A stretch of 64,000 nt of DNA, from contig JAPPGV010000161.1 of NCBI GenBank assembly GCA_028821235.1, positions 291 through 64,290 of the forward strand, given 5' to 3'. The notes beneath the pieces are model-generated. The model did not search any database. It was not told the origin of the DNA and was given only the letters and a program-made list of their open reading frames with translations. Shown here piece by piece: positions 47,236 to 55,807 of the stretch. The position numbers were made by a program, and so were the translations under genes. Positions within the stretch are counted from its first letter, which is position 1; the number at the start of each line of letters is the position of its first letter. Source of the DNA: a bacterium. GTDB taxonomy: Bacteria; Actinomycetota; Acidimicrobiia; Spongiisociales; Spongiisociaceae.

Positions 47236-47274
47236 GAGCCCCCCGACCCCGGCGAGGCTTGATTGGAGCAGGTG

Positions 47275-49533
47275 ATGGGCGGTCCTCAGAGAGTCGGAAA
47301 GACGAGAGAAGAGTCCGAGGTTCGCTGGCCGCAATCCTCGCCCGTTGCCGACGGCCGGACCAACGTGGTGGTGATCCTCCTGGACGACGTCGGCTTCGGA
47401 CAGATCGGGTGCTACGGGTCGTCGATCCGCACACCCAACATTGACGCGCTGGCGGCCGACGGGATCCGCTACTCGGCTTTCCACACCACCGCCCTGTGCT
47501 CACCGACGCGGGCGGCGTTGCTGACCGGGCGGAACCATCACAGCTGCGGCATGGCCAGCATCCCGCAGCTGGCCTTGGGGTATCCCGGCCACAACGCGGT
47601 GATGCCCCCCACGCACGGGATGCTCTCGGAGATCCTGCGGGATCGCGGATACAACACCTTCGCGGTTGGCAAGTGGCACCTGACGCCTGACTACGAGCAG
47701 ACGGCGGCCGGCCCGTTCGACCGCTGGCCCCTCGGGCGGGGATTCGAGCGTTTCTACGGGTTCCTGATGGGGATGATCGACCACTGGCACCCGGGCGCCC
47801 TCGCCCAGGACAACCAGTTCGTCGACCGTCCCGGCGGAAACGGCTACCACCTGAGCGTCGACCTGACCGACCGGGCGATCGACTACTTGGCGGGCGCCCA
47901 CTCGGCCAACCCCGCCAAGCCGTTCTTCCTGTACCTGGCCTACGGGGCGGGCCACTCTCCCCACCACGTACCGCTGGAGTACGCCGACGCCTACCGGGGT
48001 GTCTTCGACGACGGCTGGGACCTGGAACGGCAGCGGGTGCTGGACCGCCAGAAGGAGCTGGGGCTGATGGCGGAATCGGTGGAGCTCCCGGAGCGAAACT
48101 GGGGAGTGGCGGCCTGGGATACGCTGTCGGACGACCACAAACGACTGTACACCCGGATGCAGGAGGTCTACGCCGGTTTCGTCACGCACACCGATGAGCA
48201 GATCGGGCGGGTGGTGGAGTTCCTGCGCCGCATCGGCCGGCTTGACGACACGATGATCGTGTTCCTGTCCGACAACGGCGCCAGCCTCGAGGGCCAGGAG
48301 CACGGGATCATCAACGAGTACGCCATGTACAACGCCTTGTCCCCGGAGTTCCCCGAGCTCCTGGAGCACATCGACCGGATCGGCGGGCCCGGTTACATGA
48401 ATCACTACCCCCGGGGCTGGTCGATGGCCGGCAACACACCCTTCCGGGAGTGGAAACGGTCCGTATGGCAGGGTGGGATCGCCGATCCCCTCATCGTCCG
48501 GTGGCCGGACCGGATCCGGACCGCCGGTGAGATCCGGCGCCAGTACCACCACGTAACCGACGTGATGCCCACCATCCTCGAGGCACTCGACATCGAGCCT
48601 CCGTCAAGTATCGATGGCGTACCCCAATCCGAGATCGAGGGCGTGAGCATGTGGTACAGCGTCCTGGAGCCCGACGCCCGGTCCCGCAAGCGGGTGCAGT
48701 ACTACGAGATGCTGGGACATCGCGCCATCTATTACGACGGCTGGAAGGCGGTGGCCGATCATCCTCCCATGAGCAGCCGGGGCGACTTCGACCAGGACCG
48801 CTGGTTCCTCTACGACATGGAGGCCGACCCCAACGAGACCAATGATCTGTCCGCTGAGCATCCTGACATGGTCCAGGATCTGGTTGACCGCTGGTGGGTG
48901 GAGGCCGGCCGGTACAACGTTCTCCCCATCGACGACCGCGGTCACGAGCGCTGGCCCGATCCCCGACCCTCAGTCGGCCCCGACCGGGACACATTCGAGT
49001 ACCTGCCCAACACCCAACCAGTCTTCGCGCGGGGAGCGGTCAACACCCTCAACCGGGACTTTGACATCGTCACCACGGTTTCTCCCTGCCCCTCCGGAGT
49101 GACCGAGGGCGTCATCTTCGCCCACGGCAACCGATTCGGCGGCTATACCCTCTTCGTCAAGGACGGAGAGGCGCGTTTCGTCTACAACCTGTGCGGCATT
49201 CGGGAATACCGGGTGACCGCCCCCCTGCCGGAGGGCGATGGCCCGGTGAGGGTGTCGGTCATCTACAGGAGAGAAGCGGACCATCGAGGCAACGTGCGGT
49301 TGATCGTCGGGGAGGCCGAACCCGTCAAGGGACGCATCGGCATGACCATCCCCTGGGTCTTCCCCGCCCACGGCAGTCTCAACTGCGGCTTGGACAGAGG
49401 CCTGTCGGTCTGCCCGGACTACGTAGCCCCGTTCGCCTTCACCGGGCGGATAGACGGAGTCTCCGTCACCGTCGGGGAACAGGGCAGCCTGGACAAAGCC
49501 AAGATCCTCGAAGCCGCACTCGCCGAACAGTAG
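47275..49533 (+). CDS. arylsulfatase-family sulfatase (Cys-type), paralog of 40455-42653
   Basis: ILLDDVGFGQIGCYG and CSPTRAALLTGRNHH. Start taken at ATG 47275 after ggagcagg (the track start 47263 is also possible). No signal peptide evident. Confidence 0.9.
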   Translation: MGGPQRVGKTREESEVRWPQSSPVADGRTNVVVILLDDVGFGQIGCYGSSIRTPNIDALAADGIRYSAFHTTALCSPTRAALLTGRNHHSCGMASIPQLALGYPGHNAVMPPTHGMLSEILRDRGYNTFAVGKWHLTPDYEQTAAGPFDRWPLGRGFERFYGFLMGMIDHWHPGALAQDNQFVDRPGGNGYHLSVDLTDRAIDYLAGAHSANPAKPFFLYLAYGAGHSPHHVPLEYADAYRGVFDDGWDLERQRVLDRQKELGLMAESVELPERNWGVAAWDTLSDDHKRLYTRMQEVYAGFVTHTDEQIGRVVEFLRRIGRLDDTMIVFLSDNGASLEGQEHGIINEYAMYNALSPEFPELLEHIDRIGGPGYMNHYPRGWSMAGNTPFREWKRSVWQGGIADPLIVRWPDRIRTAGEIRRQYHHVTDVMPTILEALDIEPPSSIDGVPQSEIEGVSMWYSVLEPDARSRKRVQYYEMLGHRAIYYDGWKAVADHPPMSSRGDFDQDRWFLYDMEADPNETNDLSAEHPDMVQDLVDRWWVEAGRYNVLPIDDRGHERWPDPRPSVGPDRDTFEYLPNTQPVFARGAVNTLNRDFDIVTTVSPCPSGVTEGVIFAHGNRFGGYTLFVKDGEARFVYNLCGIREYRVTAPLPEGDGPVRVSVIYRREADHRGNVRLIVGEAEPVKGRIGMTIPWVFPAHGSLNCGLDRGLSVCPDYVAPFAFTGRIDGVSVTVGEQGSLDKAKILEAALAEQ

Positions 49534-49657
49534 TGATGGGACCCGGTGCGGTCCGACCGAGAGCCGCGACCGGAGCGATGCCCTCGCTGGCTATTCGAGT
49601 GACGACACCTCGAAGGCGGCGCTGAGCCGACCCGGTTCTCGGCCCTGATGGACTTGA

Positions 49658-49732
49658 GGTCCTGTGGCGCAGTTCGGTCCGCGCGCCTGCTTTGGGAGCA
49701 GGAGGCCGCCGGTTCGAATCCGGCTAGCCCGA
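49658..49732 (+). tRNA. tRNA-Pro(UGG)-like element with a defective acceptor stem (possible pseudo-tRNA or attachment-site remnant)
   Basis: D arm gcgc/agttcggtcc/gcgc. Anticodon arm cctgc/ttTGGga/gcagg. Variable loop aggcc. T arm gccgg/ttcgaat/ccggc. 3' acceptor strand tagcccg plus discriminator A. The 5' strand ggtcctg pairs at only 4 of 7 positions (it would need cgggcta). Confidence 0.6.
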
Positions 49733-49741
49733 CCCTGCCGA

Positions 49742-49763
49742 TATAGTACAATCGAGTAGTACA
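49742..49763 (+). promoter_or_regulatory. candidate promoter/operator of the toxin-antitoxin operon
   Basis: TATAGT -10-like hexamer (49742-49747). Direct repeats TAGTACA at 49744-49750 and 49757-49763. SD agggagg lies 7 nt before the GTG at 49784. Confidence 0.3.
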
Positions 49764-49783
49764 GATCAGCAGGGAGGCGTCCC

Positions 49784-50071
49784 GTGTCAACCGCCGCCAA
49801 GTCCTCAGCGGTGCCCGATTCGATCCCATTCTCGGAGTTTCGGGCGAACTGCTCTCGCATCTTGGACCAAGTAGAGGAAACCGGCAACCCCATCACCGTC
49901 ACAAAGAACGGACGTCCGGTGGCCTCGATAACGCCCTGCCCGAAGCAGCCTACGAGCTTTTGGGACCGGCTTGGTGAGATCGTCAAAGTAGAGCCGGGCG
50001 CAGATATCGACAACATAGGCGAAGCAGAATGGGGTGCCGATTGGTGCCCCACCCATGAGGTGACCGGCTGA
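49784..50071 (+). CDS. Phd/YefM-type antitoxin
   Basis: 95 aa. IPFSEFRANCSRILDQVEETGNPITVTKNGRPVASITP is typical of the Phd/YefM N-terminal fold. The stop overlaps the toxin start (tgatg). Confidence 0.75.
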   Translation: MSTAAKSSAVPDSIPFSEFRANCSRILDQVEETGNPITVTKNGRPVASITPCPKQPTSFWDRLGEIVKVEPGADIDNIGEAEWGADWCPTHEVTG

Positions 50072-50484
50072 TGCCGGGCCTGCTGCTGGACACCAACGTT
50101 GTCCTGCGATCGGACCAGCATCGTAAGCACGAGGTGAGCCGGGCAGCAACAAAGCTGATTGACGCCGCCGCCGCTAATGGAGAGGCAGCCCTCAGTTCCA
50201 TAACCTTCTTGGAAGTCGCCACGCTCGCAGAGAAAGGCAGAATCAGCGTTGACGCCGAAGAGTTGTACCGGTATGTCATTCAGAACGGAATCCGGGTGAT
50301 CCCGCTGGACGCACGTATGGCCATGCGCGCCGGGCAATTGTCAGGAGAGGGATATGCAGGCCGCGACCCCGCCGACCGCATGATCGTCGCCACAGCGATA
50401 CTCGCCGGATGCGACCTCATCACGATGGACCGGGAAATGATTGCCTGGAACGGCCCCTTGCGGGTCATCGACGCCCGCGCCTGA
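50071..50484 (+). CDS. vapC: PIN-domain ribonuclease toxin VapC
   Basis: 137 aa with conserved acidic positions in LLLDTNVV, FLEVATLAE, DPADRMIVATA, ITMD. Confidence 0.8.
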   Translation: MPGLLLDTNVVLRSDQHRKHEVSRAATKLIDAAAANGEAALSSITFLEVATLAEKGRISVDAEELYRYVIQNGIRVIPLDARMAMRAGQLSGEGYAGRDPADRMIVATAILAGCDLITMDREMIAWNGPLRVIDARA

Positions 50485-50649
50485 CCCCGCCGGCTCTCGG
50501 TAATCAGGCTATACGCGTCTGAGTTCCACAGCGGATGTGAGGGGGGAAGTGAGCGGCTCAGCACGTTAGATCGGCGTCGCTCTTAAGATCGACGTGTACA
50601 GCAGGAGGTCCCGATCTTTCACGACTTCGGTGGGGGATGGTGGTCGTAC

Positions 50650-52602
50650 GTGCGCCACGACCGGGACCAGCGCGGTCCCGAGATCGATCGGGCGCTACTA
50701 CGACGTGTCTTCGCCTACGGTCAGCCCTACCGGATGTTGCTGGCCGGGGTCCTGGTCACCATCCTCGTGGTATCGGGCCTCACGGTGGTGCCGCCGCTCC
50801 TGATCCGGGACCTGGTCGACAACGCCATTCCGGCCGCCGATGTGCGGCGGCTGACCCTCCTGGGCGTGGCCATGGTGGTGGTGCCGCTCATCAGCGTGTC
50901 GGTGGGCGCGCTCCAGCGGTGGATGAGCGCGAAGGCGGGGGAGGGGATCATCTACGACCTGCGCCGGGCCCTGTACACCCACCTCCAGGGCATGTCGCTG
51001 CGGTTCTTCACCGAGACCAAGACCGGCGAGCTGGTGTCCCGCCTCAACAACGACGTGGTAGGCGCCCAGACCGCCATCACCGGCACGTTCGTCACCATCG
51101 TGTCGAACGTGGTCTCCGTGGTGGCCATCCTGGCGGTGATGCTCCAGGCGGAGTGGCGCCTCACCCTCCTGGCGGTGGCCGCACTGCCGCTGTTCGTCTA
51201 CCCGGCCCGGCGGGTCGGGCAGATGCTCCGCGCCATCACCCGGCGCCAGATGCGGCACAACGGGGCGATGGCGGCCATCCTCAACGAGACCTTCAACGTG
51301 AGCGGCGCCCTGCTGGTCAAGCTGTTCGGGCGCCGCAACGAGGAGATGGCCCGCTTCTCCGCCGAGGCCGGGATGGTCCGCGACCTCGGCGTCCGGTCCG
51401 CGGTGGTGGGGAGGTGGTTCTTCGCCGCGCTCGGGCTGGTCGGCGCCATCGGTACCGCGGCCGTGTTCTGGGTAGGCGGGTACCTGGTCATCCAGGGCTC
51501 CATGAGCCTCGGGACGGTCATCATGTTCTCGAGCCTCCTGGTGCAGCTGTACGGGCCCCTGTCGGCCATGTCCAACGCCCGGGTGGAGTTCGCCACCTCC
51601 CTGGTGTCGTTCGAGCGGGTCTTCGAGGTGCTGGACCTCCGCCAGGAGATAGTGGAGCGTCGGGACGCCACCGACCTCCGGCCCGTGAGCGGGACGGTGG
51701 AGTTCGACGGGGTGTCCTTCCGGTACCTGGAGACGGAACCGGTCGGGTTGACGGCTATAGCAAGGCCCGGCCAGCCGGACGAGCCTCCCCCGTCCCAGCA
51801 GCCTCCCACCCGGCGCTGGGCGCTGGAGAATGCCGACTTCCGGATCGAGGCGGGCGAGGTGGCGGCCCTGGTCGGGCCGTCGGGGGCCGGAAAGACCACG
51901 GTCAGCTACCTCATCCCCCGGCTCTACGACGTGAGCAGGGGCTCGGTACGCATCGACGGGGTGGACGTTAGGGACGCCACCACCGAGTCGCTCGAGCGCT
52001 CCGTGGGCGTGGTCACCCAGGAGACCTTCCTGTTCCACGACTCGATCGCAGCCAACCTGAGGTATGCCAAGCCGGACGCCACGGAGGAAGAACTTGTAAC
52101 GGCGGCCCGGGCCGCCAACATCCACGACTTCGTGGCCGGCTTGCCGGATGGCTACGAGACGGTCGTGGGGGAGCGTGGCTACCGGCTCTCCGGCGGGGAG
52201 AAGCAACGGATCGCCCTGGCAAGGGTGATACTCGAGGACCCGCGCATCCTGATCCTCGACGAAGCCACCGCTCATCTCGACTCGGAGTCCGAGGCCCTGA
52301 TCCAGGAGGCTCTGGAGCGGGTGATGGTGGGCCGCACCTCGCTCGTCATCGCCCACCGCCTGTCGACGATCCGCGCCGCCGACCGGATCCTGGTGCTCGA
52401 CGGTGGCCGGTTGGTCGAGCAGGGCACCCACGAGGTCCTGCTGGAGGAGGACGGCCTCTACGCCCGGATGTACCGCACCCAGTTCCGCGGCAAGGGACCG
52501 GGGCGGGTCAGGCCCCCAGCATTCGAGACACCAGCGGGAAACGGTGGGCGAGAAGCAGGACCGAGCCGTCCTGGCACACCCACAGGTGCTCGTTCGCCCT
52601 GA
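50650..52602 (+). CDS. ABC exporter, fused permease/ATPase (MsbA/ABCB-like)
   Basis: Six-helix TMD followed by an NBD with Walker A GPSGAGKTT, signature LSGGEKQRIALAR, Walker B ILILDEATA. About 38 aa of low-complexity tail after the usual ...YRTQF end. Confidence 0.85.
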   Translation: MRHDRDQRGPEIDRALLRRVFAYGQPYRMLLAGVLVTILVVSGLTVVPPLLIRDLVDNAIPAADVRRLTLLGVAMVVVPLISVSVGALQRWMSAKAGEGIIYDLRRALYTHLQGMSLRFFTETKTGELVSRLNNDVVGAQTAITGTFVTIVSNVVSVVAILAVMLQAEWRLTLLAVAALPLFVYPARRVGQMLRAITRRQMRHNGAMAAILNETFNVSGALLVKLFGRRNEEMARFSAEAGMVRDLGVRSAVVGRWFFAALGLVGAIGTAAVFWVGGYLVIQGSMSLGTVIMFSSLLVQLYGPLSAMSNARVEFATSLVSFERVFEVLDLRQEIVERRDATDLRPVSGTVEFDGVSFRYLETEPVGLTAIARPGQPDEPPPSQQPPTRRWALENADFRIEAGEVAALVGPSGAGKTTVSYLIPRLYDVSRGSVRIDGVDVRDATTESLERSVGVVTQETFLFHDSIAANLRYAKPDATEEELVTAARAANIHDFVAGLPDGYETVVGERGYRLSGGEKQRIALARVILEDPRILILDEATAHLDSESEALIQEALERVMVGRTSLVIAHRLSTIRAADRILVLDGGRLVEQGTHEVLLEEDGLYARMYRTQFRGKGPGRVRPPAFETPAGNGGREAGPSRPGTPTGARSP

Positions 52603-52921
52603 ACCAGCGGTGCGGCGGTATGGCGTCCATAGTGGATCGGTCGGAGGAGTCGGGGGGCCGGAAGGCCATGACCTCGCCGGCCGGGGCGCCGATCGCCTCC
52701 ACCCGGCCGACCAGGCGGTAGTCGGCGAAGAGCGCCGCCATGCCCCCGAAGGAGTCCCGGTTGCGGAAGGTCACCGTCCCGCATTTCCGGCAGGTGGCGA
52801 CCGCCACGCCGTGGCGGATCACCGGGGTGGTGTCATGGGTACCGCACATCACCACCATCGTGCCACGAGCCTGTGACAGAACCCGGTATTTGAGCCGGTT
52901 CTCCATGTTCCCGGATGACAC
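52508..52921 (-). CDS. hypothetical Cys-containing protein (137 aa)
   Basis: GC-rich third codon positions throughout. MCGTHD and CRKCG motifs. No family recognised. Convergently overlaps the ABC exporter tail by 95 nt. Confidence 0.4.
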   Translation of the reverse strand: MSSGNMENRLKYRVLSQARGTMVVMCGTHDTTPVIRHGVAVATCRKCGTVTFRNRDSFGGMAALFADYRLVGRVEAIGAPAGEVMAFRPPDSSDRSTMDAIPPHRWFRANEHLWVCQDGSVLLLAHRFPLVSRMLGA

Positions 52922-53047
52922 GGACGGGCATCAGACGCCGCCAGGTCACCGCTGCGGTGCGTCGGCCGTTCGCTCGGCTGCGGTATGGCGGCTCCGTTTT
53001 GGCGATCATCGCGGCTGTTCGTAGGATTGGCTTCTCGCGGAGGTGGC

Positions 53048-53467
53048 GTGGATCTTTCCGATTATCTCCCAATAGCACTCATGCTGGTGCTGGCGCTGCT
53101 GTTCGCCGGCGTGTCACTGATCGTCTCCTACCTCATCTCGTACAAGCGCCCGACTGCTGAGAAGCTCGAGCCCTACGAGTGCGGCATCATCACCGAGGCC
53201 GAGCCGATCCAGCGCTTCCCGGTCAAGTTCTACCTCGTAGCCATCCTCTTCGTCATCTTCGATGTCGAGATAATCTTCCTGTTCGCCTGGGCGTCGGTGT
53301 TCGGGACGCTGGGCTGGGGCGGGGTGGCCGCGATCGCCATCTTCACCCTGCTGATAGTCGAGACCCTCGGCTACGTGTGGAAGCGCGGCGCGCTGGACTG
53401 GAACGTCTCGCGGCGCGCCCGGTACCGGCCGTCCGCGGATGCCCCGGTGGGCGAGCCGGCGGCCTGA
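53048..53467 (+). CDS. nuoA: NADH-quinone oxidoreductase subunit A
   Basis: Start GTG 53048 after ggaggtgg. LEPYECG and [12 protein letters not shown] motifs. Confidence 0.85.
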   Translation: MDLSDYLPIALMLVLALLFAGVSLIVSYLISYKRPTAEKLEPYECGIITEAEPIQRFPVKFYLVAILFVIFDVEIIFLFAWASVFGTLGWGGVAAIAIFTLLIVETLGYVWKRGALDWNVSRRARYRPSADAPVGEPAA

Positions 53468-53937
53468 TGGCTCAACTGACCTCTCCTCCGCAGATCCTGA
53501 CCACCACGCTGGGGAAGGCCATGCGGTGGTCTCAGCAGCAGTCGATGTGGCCCGCCACGTTCGGCCTGGCCTGCTGCGCCATCGAGATGATGGCCACCGG
53601 CACCGCCCACAACGACCTGGCCCGATTCGGCATGGAGGTGTTCCGGGCGTCTCCCCGCCAGGCCGACCTGATGGTGGTGGCCGGCCGCGTGTCGCAGAAG
53701 ATGGCCCCGGTCCTGCGCCAGGTGTACGACCAGATGGCGGATCCCAAATGGGTGATCTCGATGGGTGCCTGCGCCTCGACCGGAGGCATGTTCAACAACT
53801 ATGCCCTGGTCCAGGGCGTCGATCAGATCGTCCCCGTCGACGTGTACGTACCGGGATGCCCGCCGGGCCCCCAGTCGCTGATGCACGGGATACTCACCCT
53901 GCAGGACAAGGTGGTGTCGGGGGAGTTGGCTCGTTGA
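53467..53937 (+). CDS. nuoB: NADH-quinone oxidoreductase subunit B
   Basis: [23 protein letters not shown] (N2 cluster ligands). Confidence 0.9.
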   Translation: MAQLTSPPQILTTTLGKAMRWSQQQSMWPATFGLACCAIEMMATGTAHNDLARFGMEVFRASPRQADLMVVAGRVSQKMAPVLRQVYDQMADPKWVISMGACASTGGMFNNYALVQGVDQIVPVDVYVPGCPPGPQSLMHGILTLQDKVVSGELAR

Positions 53938-54446
53938 TGTCCGGCGACAGCTCGCCCGGTCCTCCGGCCGCCGCCGACGAGGTGTTGGCGAGCCTCAGCG
54001 AAGCGGTTCCCTCCGCCGAGGCCGGCCACTCCGTGGGCGATCATGTCATCCGCGTGCCGGCCGAGGATCTGGCCAGGCTCGCCGGGGCGGCCCGCGACCA
54101 CGGATTCGAGATGTGTTCGGACATCACCGTGGTCGATTATCTGGGAAAGCGGAGGGTCCGGTTCGAGGTGGTGGTCAACCTGCTGTCCGTGCGGCACAAC
54201 CGCCGCCTCCGCATACTCGTGCCGGTCCCGGAAGGTGATCCCGAAGTGCCGTCCCTGGTTCCGGTCTATCCCGGCGCTAACTTCCTCGAGCGTGAGGCGT
54301 ACGACATGTTCGGCATCCGCTTCGCCGGCCATCCCGATCTCACCCGCATCCTGATGCCCGACGACTGGATGGGCCATCCTCTCCGCCGCGACTTCGAGGT
54401 GGGCGCCGTCCCCGTCCAGTTCAAAGCCTCGCCCCGGGTGACATGA
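53937..54446 (+). CDS. nuoC: NADH-quinone oxidoreductase subunit C
   Basis: YPGANFLEREAYDMFGIRFAGHPD motif. 169 aa. Confidence 0.85.
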   Translation: MSGDSSPGPPAAADEVLASLSEAVPSAEAGHSVGDHVIRVPAEDLARLAGAARDHGFEMCSDITVVDYLGKRRVRFEVVVNLLSVRHNRRLRILVPVPEGDPEVPSLVPVYPGANFLEREAYDMFGIRFAGHPDLTRILMPDDWMGHPLRRDFEVGAVPVQFKASPRVT

Positions 54447-55801
54447 TGGCTGAGCCGACCGCCACCACCGACATCTGGGTGTCCGGCACCGAAGCCCCCG
54501 AGGTCTCGGAGTGGATGGTGGCCGGGACCGACGAGGGCGCTCAGGAGATGGAGCGCGACGAGACGGTCGAGAGGAGCGTCGAGCAGCGGGGCTCCCGCGT
54601 CGTCGACGACTGGGTGGTCGACGACACCGTTGACGACGACGAGCGGATGATCGTCAACATGGGACCCCAGCACCCTTCCACCCACGGGGTGCTGAGGCTC
54701 AATATCGAACTGGAAGGTGAGATCGTCCGCAGGGTCAAGCCGATCATCGGCTACCTCCACACCGGTATGGAGAAGACCGCCGAGACCCTGACCTTCCTCC
54801 AGGGCGGCACCAACGTCACCCGCATGGACTATCTGGCGCCTCTCCACAACGAGCTCTGCTACTCGCTGGCGACAGAGAAGCTGCTGGGCGTGGAGATCCC
54901 GCCGCGCGCCCAGGCCATCCGGATCCTGATGACCGAGCTGAACCGGGTGTCCTCACACCTGGTCGCCACCGCCACCAACGGTATGGACATCGGCGCGCTC
55001 TCGATGATGATGTACGGCTTCCGGGAACGGGAGTTGATCCTGGCCTTCTTCGAGAAGACCACCGGCCTGCGGATGAACCACAACTACATCCGTCCGGGCG
55101 GCGTGGCGGCCGACCTGCCGGACGGGTGGGAGGAGGACGTGGCCGAGATCCTGGAGAGGATCCCGCTGGCCATGCGGGACTACGAGGACCTCCTGAAGGA
55201 GAACCCCATCTGGTTGGGCCGTACCCGCGGAGTCGGGATAATCACGGTGGACGAGTGCCTGGCCTACGGCGTCACCGGCCCGACCCTACGGGCGGCGGGA
55301 GTGCCGTGGGATCTGCGCAAGTCCCAGCCCTATTCGGGCATCGAAGCCTACGAGTTCGACGTGGTGACCGGGAGCCGCGGGGATGTCTACGACCGCTACC
55401 GGGTCCGGATCGGTGAGATGCACCAGTCGTTGCGCATCATCGAACAGGTGGTGGACACCATGCCCCGCGGTGACTACAAGACCGCCGACCGCAAGGTGTC
55501 ACCCCCTCCGAGGCAGCGCATCGACGAGTCGATGGAGGCCCTCATCCATCACTTCAAGATATACACCGAAGGGTTCAAGGTCCCCGCCGGGGAGACCTAT
55601 GTGGCGATCGAGGCGCCGAGGGGGGAACTGGGCTGCTACCTGGTGTCCGACGGAAGCGGCGCGCCGTTGCGCATGCACACGCGGGCGCCCTCCTTCTCCA
55701 ACCTCCAGGCTCTTCCGATCATGATGGCGGACTCGTTGGTGGCCGACACCGTGGCCTGCATAGCGTCGCTCGACCCGGTGATGGGCGATGTGGACCGGTA
55801 G
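54443..55801 (+). CDS. nuoD: NADH-quinone oxidoreductase subunit D
   Basis: NMGPQHPSTHGVLRL, YLHTGMEK, EAPRGELG motifs. About 45-aa acidic N-terminal extension. Confidence 0.9.
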   Translation: MMAEPTATTDIWVSGTEAPEVSEWMVAGTDEGAQEMERDETVERSVEQRGSRVVDDWVVDDTVDDDERMIVNMGPQHPSTHGVLRLNIELEGEIVRRVKPIIGYLHTGMEKTAETLTFLQGGTNVTRMDYLAPLHNELCYSLATEKLLGVEIPPRAQAIRILMTELNRVSSHLVATATNGMDIGALSMMMYGFRERELILAFFEKTTGLRMNHNYIRPGGVAADLPDGWEEDVAEILERIPLAMRDYEDLLKENPIWLGRTRGVGIITVDECLAYGVTGPTLRAAGVPWDLRKSQPYSGIEAYEFDVVTGSRGDVYDRYRVRIGEMHQSLRIIEQVVDTMPRGDYKTADRKVSPPPRQRIDESMEALIHHFKIYTEGFKVPAGETYVAIEAPRGELGCYLVSDGSGAPLRMHTRAPSFSNLQALPIMMADSLVADTVACIASLDPVMGDVDR

Positions 55802-55807
55802 GCGGAG

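Noticed and set aside
49621-50562. 9-bp inverted repeat gctgagccg (49621-49629) / cggctcagc (50554-50562) flanking the tRNA-like element and the TA module, considered as possible terminal inverted repeats.
   Set aside because: Identity does not extend beyond 10 of 11 nt. A single 9-mer match across two roughly 100-nt GC-rich windows is plausibly chance. No transposase is present.
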